NCBI GenBank assembly: GCA_965644295.1
Contig: CBFFRP010000238.1
Location: 248,001-312,000, forward strand
Direction: 5' to 3'
DNA from: Paraphysomonas bandaiensis
Lineage: Eukaryota > Protista > Chrysophyceae
Length of the DNA stretch: 64,000 bases
The notes under the pieces were generated by a model. That model saw only the letters and a program-made list of their open reading frames with translations. It ran no database searches and had not been told where the DNA came from. A program made the position numbers and the translations under genes. Shown piece after piece: positions 1 to 12,691 of this stretch; the first letter of the stretch is position 1; each line of letters opens with the position of its first letter.

Positions 1-351
1 CTAGTCAACCTAGTCATTGTAAACTGAAAATATGAATTATTAAATGACTAGGTTTTTCACCTACTTGACTAGGTTTTTACACCAATTTTGGTGTGACTAG
101 GTAGTTCAACCATTTTGACTAGGTTGAATAATACATCCCTATTATGGTCTTTCATCAATCTTCAATTTTTTTCGTAAAAATTGGATTTTCACATTTAAAA
201 ATGCCGTTTTTTATCAACTTTTTAGCATAAAAAGGTGTTTTTTAAATATCTTAATTGATAATTATTTGAAGCGAGGTGGAGTCAATTATAATGCAATTAT
301 GATTTGATGTCCCAATTTCAATTATTGACAATTAATTGATACTCAGCCCTG
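1..351. repeat. GACTAG/CTAGTC-rich subterminal-like repeat plus a hAT-like terminus (...CAGCCCTG)
   Basis: Multiple GACTAGGT motifs at 1-125, with similar motifs at 24600-24790. The region ends in CTCAGCCCTG at 351, resembling the CAGGGC termini of the hAT elements elsewhere in the window. Confidence 0.35.
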
Positions 352-1798
352 CTGTGTACTCTTCATACAACACAACGAGTACATTCTATGTTCTATATGA
401 AGTGCACGCTCACTCTGTACAATACACTCGGACTATAGATGGGTGATATGGGTACATTGCTCTGTCTGTGTGTATCATACAATACACAAGGAGGCCTATA
501 TATCCGGAATGTGAGCTATATGTGTAAGCGTAACGGGGTTGCTCGATTCTCAGGTGCCCGTGGTGGAGCGTTTCTTCACAAAAACAAGCGGAGTGATGTA
601 AGTATTAAGACCAATGAGAATAGGTGTCAAGATAAGCCAGAGAAGTCGTATAAGTTACCGAGTTGAGCCAAGTCAAAAAGACTGTTACAAGGAATGACCA
701 TCGCCGTGCCGTGAAAGGCGACTATGACACTAAGACAACAGAGCGACGATAATGTTATGGAAGTAGAATACTGGTACTCTAAAGTTAAATGTAGCCTGCT
801 TTGCAAAACTATCCGGCCAAGATGTGTACCTCTGAGTAGTTGTTGAACGAAATGGCGCTGGAGCTTTTTTCAAATTAGAGTACCGTTGCCCACAGTGCAT
901 TGTATTCTTCAGTCTAAAAATAAATTAAGCAACGTAATTTTCAATTCAGTGATGTACTCTTGTCCAATCTGGAATTTCATCATATGAAGTAAGTAGCAGT
1001 GCTATATGCACTAACGTAGTAAAATGATAAATACGTTATACATAATATATACCAGGTATCAACCATACAATGCGTACTCCACATTTGCATGCAAACCTAT
1101 ATAGAGATAACATTCAAAAAGTACATACCATGAGCAACATATCCACTTCATGAAGCAACACTAGTCAACCCTTATGTCATGTACGGAGCACACAGAGTGA
1201 ACATACATATCACATAGCTCATATAGAGTGTTCTACAGGTTGTATGAACGTGCACATCGTATATACCACAGTCACCACATAGGTGGTGAATAAGTAATCT
1301 ATGCTGATATGCCAAAAGATGGCAACTTCAGCAGTCGTGAAGACACAGTCTTATAATATTGAAACGATATATAACAAGCTTATGTGTCGGTTGTAGCTTC
1401 TATAATATAAAACAGCAGACCGCAACAAGTGAAAATATAACACACTTATATACTCTTTCACTCAATAACGAAGTGAGGTCTGTCCATAGAAGACTCGCTA
1501 TTCCGTATTGTCTACACAGCAGTTGAACGATGATGAAGTGATACGACGTAGCAACTCTGAATGTACTCAACAGCACCTGGCTGTATACTATATCATATAT
1601 ACCGTATACATGCATACCATAGAAAACGGGGTATATACTGGTATACAGCACATGCATAATATTTGTGCTTGAACAAGTAACAAGAATGCGGGCGAATTCC
1701 GTTTCATAGCAGTGCTGTCGATGAAGTTCTACACACAGAATCAGATAGTTTTGTTATCATCATAAAGAATGTTACGTTTTGACGCTCATTTAGTTTGA

Positions 1799-3202
1799 TT
1801 GAAAGAATTGACTACTGCTTTTACCGTCATGCATGGTGCAAGAGCGAATAATGAAGAAGCCAGCGCAGTCGATGAAGCTGTTGATATGCGTTCGAATAGA
1901 TTACGTTTTCACAAAACCCGTGCAAAACGCTTTATCCTCAAAGGTGAATCTACGCTGTCCCAGAAAATGATAACGAATGGCTATTTTCTAAAATTTGAAA
2001 CTGCTGCATTGCTGTTCTACCAGGCAAGCATTTCTTTTAGGGCATGTTCTAAATGGCGCGATGCTGGTGATGCCCTGGTTAGGTGTGCATCCTTACATCA
2101 TTTACGGCTAAAATGCTATCAAGAAGCAGCAGCGCTCTATTGTGAAGCTGCCGAAGTATACGAGAAGGTTGACAAGAATGATGCACTCAAGAATTACAAA
2201 CAGTCTGTGTCTATATATTGTGACTTGGGAGTATTTATGATTGCCGGGAGGCTGCAGAGACGCTTAGCGGAGATTCATTTTGAATTAAGGCATTGGGAAG
2301 AGGCTGGTGATAGCTTCAGAAAGGCAGCGGACTTCTTATCGAGTAACCCTGACCAAAGCGATTATTGTCTGGAAAAGTCAGCGCGATGTCTTATCGAGTG
2401 CAAAGAATATCACGCTGCAAGCGAACTGTATGTAATCGTCGCTGAGAGCTGTGTACAGGGAAACATGAAATTTTTTAATGCTACCCCACTGCTGTTTCGT
2501 GCTTTGCTTTGTGAAATGGCAGTGCCGTGTAATGGGGACGAGGGAACACAAGAAAAATACAACAATTGTAAAATGCTCCTCACAGAATTCGAGACTATCG
2601 ATGTGCTGTGGCGCTGCAGTAAACATGCCCGTTTTATTCGAAACATAATATCATTTCGGGAAGAGTTTGATCAGCATGGGTTTGCAGACCACGTGTTTTA
2701 CTGGCATACGGCCTGTTGCTTGGACTGTGTTGAGATAGGCCTCCTTAACGTCGTCAGCGATGAGATTCAGGAGGAGCTTGATAGACGCATGCGAGAGAAA
2801 AAAGAAGCAGAAAAGGAAGTGACCCGTCGCGAGCGTCGTAAAAAACGCTTAGAGAAAAAGCGTAAGGCCATGGCTGAGCGTGGACTGGACCCAGACTCAA
2901 TTAACCTGGCAGATATAGAGGACGAAAGCGACGAGGAGTCTCATACTGTGGGTGGCACCTTCGCAGGAGGAAGTTCTGTGACTGGTGGGAAAAGTAGTAT
3001 AACTAAGGTAACCACCAAAGGTGGAACGGCAAGCAGCACTGCAATTGGGTCCGCAGCGGGAAGTGATGGAGAGGAGGAGGAATATGAAGAGGACGAGGAC
3101 GACTCATCCTCAGGTGGTGATAGCGATATTGAGCTACCAGAGGAGTTAAAAGAAAAAGTAGAACCTGTGAAACCAAGGAGAAGAAGAGAAAAGAAAAAAT
3201 AA
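1799..3202 (+). CDS. Alpha-SNAP (NSF attachment protein)-like protein with C-terminal coiled-coil/acidic extension
   Basis: 467-aa ORF with SNAP-type TPR helices (AALLFYQASISFRACSKWRDAGDA..., AGRLQRRLAEIHFE, DYCLEKSA). True start uncertain: the ORF begins at TTG and the first ATG is at 1830. Confidence 0.75.
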   Translation: MKELTTAFTVMHGARANNEEASAVDEAVDMRSNRLRFHKTRAKRFILKGESTLSQKMITNGYFLKFETAALLFYQASISFRACSKWRDAGDALVRCASLHHLRLKCYQEAAALYCEAAEVYEKVDKNDALKNYKQSVSIYCDLGVFMIAGRLQRRLAEIHFELRHWEEAGDSFRKAADFLSSNPDQSDYCLEKSARCLIECKEYHAASELYVIVAESCVQGNMKFFNATPLLFRALLCEMAVPCNGDEGTQEKYNNCKMLLTEFETIDVLWRCSKHARFIRNIISFREEFDQHGFADHVFYWHTACCLDCVEIGLLNVVSDEIQEELDRRMREKKEAEKEVTRRERRKKRLEKKRKAMAERGLDPDSINLADIEDESDEESHTVGGTFAGGSSVTGGKSSITKVTTKGGTASSTAIGSAAGSDGEEEEYEEDEDDSSSGGDSDIELPEELKEKVEPVKPRRRREKKK

Positions 3203-4830
3203 GTTCTATCGTTTATGTATATGTGTGGCTGTGTCTTTGTATGTTCCTTCGTATAAGTTACATGGTGCGGAAGCAATACATTCGTCGCTTTCGAAAGTAA
3301 AATTGTTTTTATTTTAAGAATATGGTCTTCACTAAGAGTCGTACATCATTTATGTCGCATGCTAATACCAGCCCACGTTGTCCACCAAATGAAACGGCTA
3401 CGGGTATTTGAGACTCGCCATGACAGTGGTATTTAGCAAAAGATGTCAAGTGTAATGCAATGCGTACAATCAAGCAATCATGACGGCTATACGGCTACAG
3501 TCATATACCAGGGCCTGGTAACTGGTAACCATTAATAGCCCCTTCATTGTAGTCCAGTTCCCAGCAATTATAATGGCCATTAATAGGCATTAACCTAAGT
3601 AGATAACACCGCTCATATAATAGGTAGTGTGGTGCTCCCTTAATTACTAATTTAGTTAAATAACACTACGATTCGTAACCACTTCTCGCTCTCTACTGGC
3701 ACATCAGGATCTTCTTGCAGGGCTACATGGAGGGCACAAGCATCTCACAACATATAATTGGGTCATAGGAATAGAAACTATTCTAGACGATATAAATTCA
3801 TGTTTCTGCGCTCAGGTGTCATGTTGTTGTTACTCCTCTACTGTGTATAATGGTATTTTGTAGGACATGAGGTGGAACGGGAAGAAGAGCGTCGTCGACA
3901 TTCGTGACGACATATCTGACGACGACCAGGAGGAAGAGGTACCACGAAAGCACACAAGCAGTGTTAGTAAAATACTCTTTATAATGATGATGACGGGGTC
4001 GTCGAATCCCAGCAGAAAGCAGATCTGATACCTCCCGCTGTTGCTGAACTTCATCAGAAAAAATAAATGATGTCTGGTCTAGCAGAACTTCGTGATGACC
4101 CTTCGATGAGTAAAATGATGATCCTCCACCTACTAGTAATGTGCCCCCAACGGCTGTTGTCGCGTCGTCTCCAAGCATAGGTACTAATAATAATACTACT
4201 ATCGAGGCACAATTTAATGTTGTTGTTGAGAGGCTCTTTAGTCGTGCAAAGATGGCAAAGTTGATATTTTCTAACAAGTATTGAATTACTTTTTTAAATT
4301 TTTTATCTGAGAGGTTAGAGATAAAGAAAACGCCGTTACAATAATTATTGCCGTTAGAAGTATTTATTGTGTAACCATTTAAATTGCCCCTGCTACTTGT
4401 GTTTTGAAATATCATATATATATATTCTCATATATATAGCTTCATTTGCCACTCTTGAGATTGCAAACACTCCAACCGAATGGCTTCATTTTGGATACAT
4501 CATCATATACTGCATTTACTCATGTAGCTATCTTTTCATCACTACTCATTGGCTGCAACCAAACCGAGCTATCTTGGCGACCTCGGCGCTGTCCAGAACA
4601 CGCTGTGCAAAAAATCAGTACGTGATTGCTGTCGGATGAGAGCAAACTGGCATTATTAGATGTCTTTAGATCTTTCATCAAGGAATGCCAGTTTGCTCTC
4701 TCAGAAAACATACGTAAACCCCAAAAGCGAAGAAAGGCGACTCGGTGGTCCTGCGAACCCACTCGGAAGAAAACACTGTAAATTAAACTTTCATCAACGA
4801 TTTTGGCCATCATCGCCGCTTAATATATAT

Positions 4831-4973
4831 AAAGATCTGATTATTACATGAGAGAACTACTTTGTTTTTTAGCTATCTACAACTTTAGACTAGTGGTATC
4901 AAAGTTGCTAAATACTGAGTTTTCTCGGGACTGCTTGTGCATTGCTGCAAGCACCTTGGTGCAACCATCCCTT
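4831..4973 (-). mobile_element. ~145-bp mini retroposon (LINE-tail family), copy 1
   Basis: Flanked by the direct repeat GCCGCTTAATATATAT (4815-4830 / 4974-4989). Contains the conserved tail hairpins and the terminal TAATAATCAGA motif. Confidence 0.75.
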
Positions 4974-5326
4974 GCCGCTTAATATATATTGTATAATAAC
5001 AGAGTATAATTAATTTGTTTAGTTGTGTACTGTAGCTTCTTTCAACATCTGGGAAAAGAATATTTTTATGTTTTCTTGACGAAACAACATGCATATTTAT
5101 CAATGATTTTTTAGAGTTTTTGGGAATGAGTACGTTGTTATGTTGTTGTTGTTCCTCAGGTAACTATTTTTTAACTCTACTACAGTAGTAATAGCATTAA
5201 TTTTACTGCTGATAATGAACAAAGTTGCCACAAAAGTAGCTGTAAAACGTTACATGAGCATTGTTTTTTTTATAGTTTATAGTAGTATATATAATAATAT
5301 ATAGAACTATCAAGTTCCAGTACATA

Positions 5327-5491
5327 TATTATATATATATAAAGATCTGATTATTACATGAGAGAACTACTATATATGTTTAGCTATATCTATGACGACT
5401 TTAGACTAGTGGTAGCAGAGTTGCTAAATACTCAGTTGTCTCGGGACTGCTTGTGCATATTGCTGCAAGCACCTTGGTGCAACCATCCCTT
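5327..5491 (-). mobile_element. ~145-bp mini retroposon, copy 2 (with (TA)n tail)
   Basis: TSD AAGTTCCAGTACATA (5312-5326 / 5492-5506). Same 5' boundary (AAGGGATGGTTGCACC) as copy 1. Confidence 0.75.
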
Positions 5492-6245
5492 AAGTTCCAG
5501 TACATACATAATACATGCATTTTAATGGTAGTCCAGTTCCTGGCAATTACAATGGCATTACCTTGTTACAGTTAATGGTTCGGGGCAAGATATCCCCTAT
5601 ATCTGCTTTAAGGAAAATAACTTTATATTGTTAATGATCCGAATTTGAATATGGAATTGCAAGAATCCAAGGTGGCGAAGAATTTGATTTTTGACAAGAT
5701 CTGAGAAAGATGCTGTCAGAATATATTATCTCCATTCAAACAGTGATTGCAACAATACAGAGGATGATGAAGCTGATGTTGTTGGCTATATGCGGAAAAA
5801 GTTCTTCAGTTAGCTCAAAAAATGAAGAAACGAAAAGTTGAAATATCTATAAGTAGTATATATGTCCACGAGTAATGTATAGTATGTAATTCCAATACTA
5901 CATGTGAACGCCTGTTCAGCGCAGCTAAACTTCTTATTATATATCAGTGTTGAGCAAAGGTATGCATCCTACGTAGTATGCTGTTGTTTCTGAAGAAGCT
6001 ATAATATCGACAGTTGTGCCCAGAGATATAATAGCATATAATTCTGTGGATGAATATAATACGTTGACGCCACCGATGATGGCTCAGAGGATGAGGACGA
6101 GGTGGATTTTTATTAGCTAATAGTATAAGCAGTAGTTTTGGTTTGGTTGTCATGATGTGATCTTAATGACTAGCACTAAAAATGGAATCTACAGATGTGT
6201 TTACTTTTACTGATTAGTCATACTAATATATATTGCAATATATTG

Positions 6246-9200
6246 CAGGGCTAGTAAACAATATATTGCAATATACTGTTGTTAGAGAGCGTTCCAACAA
6301 TACAGTACTACTATTGATGGAGATTTTAAACAGGCCCATCAATACAATTACAATATTATATCGCAATATTATTATATTGTCCATGTATTGCCATATATAT
6401 ATTAGTATGATGACTAATCGGTAAGTAAACACATCTGTAGATTCCATTTTTAGTATTAGTCATTAAAATCTTACACATGACAACCAAACCAACTACTGCT
6501 TAAAGCTAATAAAAATCCACCTCGTCATCATCATCTGAGCCATCATCGGTGACTGTCAACATCTCCATCATATTCATTCACAGAAATAATTGAAATATGC
6601 TAGTATCCGGCCACAACTGTCGATTAGCTTTCAGAAACAACAGCATAATATATTATATTAAAAGTAGGACGGATACTTTTGCGTAACACTGATATAATAT
6701 GTTTAGCTGCGCTGAACAGACGTCCCCATGTATTAAAAGTACATACTACATGACTCGTGGACCTGTACGTTTCTTCATTTTTGAGCTGAATGAAGAACCT
6801 TTTCCGCATAGCCAACATCAGCTTCATCATCCTCTTCTGTATTGTTGCATTCACTGTCTGAACGGAGATATATTCTAACAGCATCATTCTCAGATCTTGT
6901 CAAATCAAATTCTTTGCCTGCCTGGATTTTTGAAATTCGGATCATTAACAATGAAGCCATTTTTACTTATAAAGCAGATAGGGGACACCTTGCCCCGAAG
7001 TCCATAATATATAAGAATATCTGATTATTACATGAGAACGGTTGTGTACAGAAAATAATTTTACACTTTTATAGACTATAACTAATAACTGGGCTTGCTT
7101 TATATGACTAGTGGCGGGCAACCGTCCCTTTTTGTAGTGATCTGCCCTTTTGGGCAATGTGTCAGGCGGGCCTGTGTCGTGGGGTTTACGGGGGGTGGTT
7201 GGGGCTAGTAGAGGTGTATATATGAGAATATGTAGGTCGGTGGTGGAGATGGTGCTGGTTGTCGAGGTGGGATTTCTGCCACAGGTAAGGAGGAGTTGTT
7301 TCCGGAGTGGTGGCGCTTTTGTCTCTGTTGGGTTCGGACTCTGGCAGAGGATAGAATTCTTGGGGTGGATGTCGCTTGGAGTAGTTGGATTATTTTTGGT
7401 GTCGGGTGGGTATCCTGTGACTGGCGTTGTTGCTGTGATTAATTGTGGGGGGGGCGGTCGTAGTCGGAGTTACTGGTGCCGTGTCTGTGTTGTGGTGTCT
7501 GAGTCCTCTGTTTCGGAGCATGCGGAGCCCTCCATCATATAGGGGAAGGAGAATAGATTTCACGGATTTTTCGAGGACATTTTTCGGGCAGTGAGCTGGA
7601 TATGTGGCGTCTGAATGCGTCGGCAAATTGTGTGGCAGTAATATGTGGCCAGTCCAGTAGCTCTCAACCTGGTGGGGAGTGTGTGGATTCCATGCGGCTT
7701 TTGCTAGTTTGATTATTATGGCGGTGTGAAACCAGGAATGGGGGAGCGTACGTGTGCGAAGTTTGTCGAGAGCTTGCTGTGGTGTGCTTGGTGAACATTT
7801 TCACGTATTTGAGTGAGGTCTGGGTGTGTGCAGGTGAGAAGCATGTGCACCATGTGTTGTCTTTTGGGTGTGCACAGTCTGATATGTGATCATGCCTGGT
7901 TCTTCTTCCTTTGGCCCGGTTTCTTCCCATCGCGTATGATTTGTCCCATACGTATGCCGTCTCGCGTATACGTTCGGGTAGGGAGATGGAGTATTTAGAG
8001 GAGTTATGGGTACGGAGAGGATGGAGCCTTGTTCCGCTTCGTGTCCAATACTGCGGGTCTCGCTGCATTTTTGTGCAGCATACACGCTATCTCTTCGGAG
8101 GGTGTATTGATGGAGGTCTCGCTGGTGGTGGAGATCTGTGACGTCTCCTCTAGCATGGGACCGAGGTCTGTGAGGAGGTGTGTGTCGTATCTTCGCCAGT
8201 GCCTTTGACCCGTGGTTAAGAATTCTTCCAGTATGTGCGTAGCGTCCGTTGTGACAACACTGTAGTTGGAGGCTCCGACGAGCACTCTGTCCAGTGTATT
8301 CCAATCGCCACTGGCAGCAGCGTCGGCGATATAGATGCCGTGGTCGTTGTAGGTCCAGTTGCATTGGTCTTGAGTTCTGCGTTCGGGGTGTGAGCGCGTC
8401 CATTTTATGGGGCGTTGCTTGAGTGGTGTGGTGGCGAGGCATTCGTAAAATATGCCCTGGGGCATTGTTCCGAGGGCGCGCCGTCTGTGTGATATTAGGC
8501 CCTCTTTGGTCCGCGTCTGCACCGCCTGACCATTAGTCCAGATGGGCACGGAAGAGTGCAGCACAGTGGAGAATGTCAGTGCTGCTGACATTGCGAGGGT
8601 TTCATATATATGTGTAGGCGTTGAGGCCAGCAGGTGCGGTGTGCTGTGGTGCCCTGAGTTGTAGGGTTTTGGTCTGTCCGTGACCCCAGTTGCCTTGGAC
8701 GGGAGCCATACAATTGCGGCTCTTCCGTCGTGGGAATTGGGCTGTGTGTGGGTGTCGCCGAGCTGATGGGCAGGGGTAAGATGTGTGCGTGTGAAGGAGC
8801 CATCGGTGAAGATGGCTTTGCAAGCGTATTTATATGGTCGTTGTAGCTGTGATTGGACTTTGTCAATAGTAGCTCGGAAGTGTGGCGTGGCTGGGGAGGG
8901 AGGCTGTAGTCGGATGCCTATTTGTTGCCCTCATTGGACAAGACTGGTGATGTAAGTGTCGACGTCTTGGGGGGGATGCTCGTATCGTTGTAAAAGCGTT
9001 GTGGCCGCACTCTTGGGCTGTCCTCCGAGTGTGAGGGCTCGTTGAAGGGTATGCCATTTCTGAGTTTGGGCGTGGGTTGAAAATTAGCGCAGTCCAAGCC
9101 CTTTATATTTTGTGGAAAGGTGGATAAGATCCGTGGGATATCCATAGGGGAGACGGAGTATGTTCCTAGCGGCCTTCGCAAGTAGTTTGTCTATTTCGAT

Positions 9201-9709
9201 GTATTTGTCCATCAATAAGACATCAAAAAACGTTCCGGCATCATAAAGATTCACTTGACTAGATCCTCCTGTTAGAAACAGCTTAGAAACTCTTTCAAAC
9301 CTTCTCAGGTCTTGTTTGTTTTGCCTTTAACCAGACTCCAAAAACAGCGATATATATCTCTACTCTTGTATGCATTCATCTTATTTATCAGTATGTATGA
9401 AGAAATATGTTATATTAAGAGACTGTACATACATGTGTAGAGTACTGCTTGAGCTGGCGATACATAATATATAGAAAATAATACCAAAAATAAGCTTTTT
9501 CTTATTTTCTTGGTATTTATATTCATTTTGCACCCTACAGTTGAGAATCTTTTTGTATATGACTACTCGTATCATAATACTGATTGCAATATATTGCAAT
9601 ATATTGTGAGCTACTTAAACAGAAACAATGCTGATGGGATTTTTGGCCGGTCGACCAATCAGTATATTTTACAATATATTGCAATTTAATATATTGTTTC
9701 CTAGCCCTG
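6246..9709 (-). mobile_element. Inner hAT-family element (opposite orientation) carrying a nested LINE
   Basis: TIRs CAGGGCTAGTAAACAATATATTG / CAATATATTG-like...TTTCCTAGCCCTG. Near-perfect 8-bp TSD ATATATTG / ATATATAG. ORF 6624-6887 has GRLFSAAKHII (hAT C-terminus). Confidence 0.75.
7010..9210 (-). mobile_element. 5'-truncated degenerate non-LTR retrotransposon: RT thumb + RNase H + C-terminal region + 3' tail
   Basis: Manual translation across frameshifts gives DKLLAKAARNILRLPYGYPTDLIHLSTKYKGLGL (RT thumb), then AIFTDGSF, YETLA, IWTNGQAV, IKWTRSHPER and GIYIADAAA (RNase H catalytic motifs). The 3' end carries TAATAATCAGATATTC. Confidence 0.75.
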
Positions 9710-11603
9710 ATATATAGTAATTGTATTGTTGGGCCTGTTTAAAATCTCCATCAATAGTATTGATGGAACGCTATCTAGCAATAGTATTGCAATATATTGT
9801 TTACTAGCCCAGGCGTATATCAAGTAGCAGTACATACCATTAATGGTAGTCCAGTTCCCGGCAATTACAATGGCATTACCTTATTACCTTTAATGGTTAG
9901 CCACTCCTGCCATGTATCCAAGTAGCTGAGTTGGAGATACTAGCTAGTTATATATTCATTGCATAGTGCTAGCTAGAGTAATTATTTAACATAATCGAAA
10001 ATCGGTAATAAAGCAATAAACAACTCAATGTGAAAACAATAACAGAAGCAAAAATGTGTTTAAGAGAAAGTGAATGCACACATTAACATAACAGTAGAAT
10101 AAATAGAAAGACTGTTGTCTCGGTGTTCGTTGTAGTGTAGCGGACATTGGTACTTCTACCATTGCCACACACAACACTTTTGTGTTAAAATTAATCCCAA
10201 GAGCCGTCTCTGCTGATGACTTTGGCATCACCAGAAATGCCGCCTTGAGAAACTGGAGGGGTCATTCTTTCAATCAAAGTCTGGCGTATAGTGAATTTTG
10301 GTCATCAGCTCATCTAACGTGTGGCATGCAGCTATCTTTCTTTCCTCTTGCTAGATTACCCGTTCTTCATTGTGAACCTAGAGTTCAACTGCACACTTCT
10401 TCTGTTGCTCTCCTTGTCGAACTCGCACAGTGCCCTATCCCAGTGTTGGGAGGCCCACCATGACCTCCAACGTAAAGCTCCTAATACTCTTCATCAGAGT
10501 CCTTCCGTCCGCGAAGTAGCTAATGGAAGCCCGTGGAAAAGAGAACCATGTGGCGGTTATCTCTTCCACCAACCATCTGTGTTGATTATGGTAGGCAGCG
10601 CTACTGATCAGTAGACAGTACTTCTCTGAGTTTTCACGCTTTTCCAGCGAATGCGCACTGCCTCGCGGGTGTCCTCAACATCTTTTATAGTCAATTGCCG
10701 CTCTTCAGAAGTGCTCTCGTGCGTTGATCGGCCACGTCTGTGACATACATTGAAGAGAATTTAATTTGATTTTTCACTTAAGTGGATCCCACAGTGGGGC
10801 TGAGATCAATATCAGGCAAGCCGTTTACCAAAGATGTCTTAGATGTCTTCTTGTGATGCTGAGGTTGCTACTCCCTGAAACAAGAAGGCCTGATATACAT
10901 CCATATCCCTAAAGCATGTATTTATTAGGATCAATACACGCGCTTTATGCTCTTCAATCATGTACTTCCGATGCACAGTCAAGAGCCTCAACACCGTGTT
11001 TATAGCCCGATTCTAGGATACGCACGCTGAAGGTGTGCCACTAGAAACACTTTCAAGAACTTGTCCAACAGTAGTAGGGTGTGGCTCTAAAGATTCAGAT
11101 GCATTCCGCTATTTCCAGTATTATTCGTAGATTTCTGATTCGATTGAAACATTCTCTAACTAATGCATATTCGCATGAAATTTAAGATGAATGACCGCAT
11201 GTAGTCAGTAAGAATCAGCTTAATATTTGTGTATAGTTTCATGTGGTGATACAATTCTAGAATTCTTGCTGTGCGATGATCAAACTCTAAAGCAAAGATA
11301 TGAGGGACACAGTAGCAGTTCGTATATATCCGCCAAAAGCGGCAGCACGCAAGTCCGGAAGTCGCCCACATACATATGAGTGCGACCAGTCATACTGCTG
11401 CTCCTGATGTCGGTGTCGACTAAGTTCAAGAACGCGAGAATACAACACCAACACACCACCCCCACACCGCAGTGACACGTTGTTATGATGGAGATACAGC
11501 TCGTATGAATATTTTCGCAGCATTATTGTAGGAATCCTGTTTGAACGATACATACATTGTGCTCTGTACTTGTCCCTTCTAGGTTTTCAAGCTAATAATA
11601 AAC

Positions 11604-12691
11604 ATGGGACAGTCGAATTCGAATGAGTTAGGCGCTAAGTCGACCGCTTTAGAGGTCTTTGAGTACTTTGCTATTCAGAAAGGAAAAAACTTTCTTCAGG
11701 GCAAGACTGTAATCGTGACAGGTTGTTTATATCACCATGAGCTACTTTTATTGTGATACGTATGATCGTAGGTGGCAACTCTGGCATCGGACTGGAGACA
11801 TGCAAAGTATTTGCGTATGCTGGTGCCAGAGTGATTCTTTGCTCTCGATCTGTTGCCTCAGGTGAGCGTGCAATTGAGGAGGAGATGAAGCAAAACGGAC
11901 AAGGTGACTATATTGTACACGACACGTCAAATGTCATTGTGAAACAATTGGATTTAAATTCCCTTAAATCTGTGAAAGCGTTTGCCGACGACGTGCTTGT
12001 CAATGAAAGTAGAATAGACTATTTGATATGCAATGCTGGCATTATGGCTCTACCCAATTTAGAACTAACAGAAGATGGATTTGAAAAACAAATTGGCGTA
12101 AATCTTTTTGGTCATTTTTATTTGACTAAGCTTCTTTTGCCGAAGATGCAGTCCCAGGACTTCGAGACCCGTGTAGTTGTGCTCTCTTCATCTGCTCACA
12201 CAATGGGTACTATTGTTCCATCCGACCTACACTTTAAGAATGGTCGAAAGTACAATAACTGGACATCGTATGGGCAAAGTAAACTAGCAGACTTGTTGTT
12301 TGCCAAGGAACTTGCTGATCGCACTAAAGGCACCAAGATGACTGCTGTTTCCGTGCATCCTGGTGTTATACAGACGAACTTGTGGCGATCGTCATTTTTC
12401 TCTGGAGGCATCGCTTCGTCGTTCCTAGGATCTGTGATGGCGAACAAAACTATTCCCCAAGTAATATCAATGAGTTTCATTCCTAATGTGTTTAATATTT
12501 TGCAGGGTGCAGCGACGACAATTTGGGCGTGCTTATCACCTACTGTCCTGGAAGAGGACCGCGGTGCTTACTGTTGCGACTGCAAGCCAGTTGTACCAAG
12601 TGTAAATGGACAAGATTCTGATGGGACGATGAGAAAAGAATTGTGGCGTGTGGTTGACGAGCAAATTTCTGAAGTGGTGAAAGATTTCTAG
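11604..12691 (+). CDS. Short-chain dehydrogenase/reductase (retinol dehydrogenase/WWOX-like)
   Basis: MGQSNS start. TGGNSGIG is restored by intron 11722-11771. Motifs NAG, YGQSK and VHPG. Probable second intron 12461-12505. Confidence 0.9.

Larger units (their letters stand above)
5579..9811 (+). mobile_element. Outer truncated hAT-family non-autonomous element, interrupted at 6246-9709
   Basis: Remnant of the hAT dimerisation motif (ERLFSAAK) near 5905. The sequence resumes after 9709 and ends in the TIR ...TTTACTAGCCCAG. Homologous to 53220-54025. Confidence 0.65.

Noticed and set aside
5409-5420. TGGTAGCAGAG as tRNA-iMet PBS of an LTR element
   Set aside because: It lies inside the TSD-bounded mini-retroposon with no adjacent LTR, and the sister copy differs (TGGTATCAAAG).
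10205-10255. CTGATGA...GAAA possible hammerhead
   Set aside because: I could not build stems I-III.
10025-11553. Short ORFs upstream of the SDR gene
   Set aside because: No recognisable domains and frequent stops; possibly a decayed gene or TE, but unsupported.
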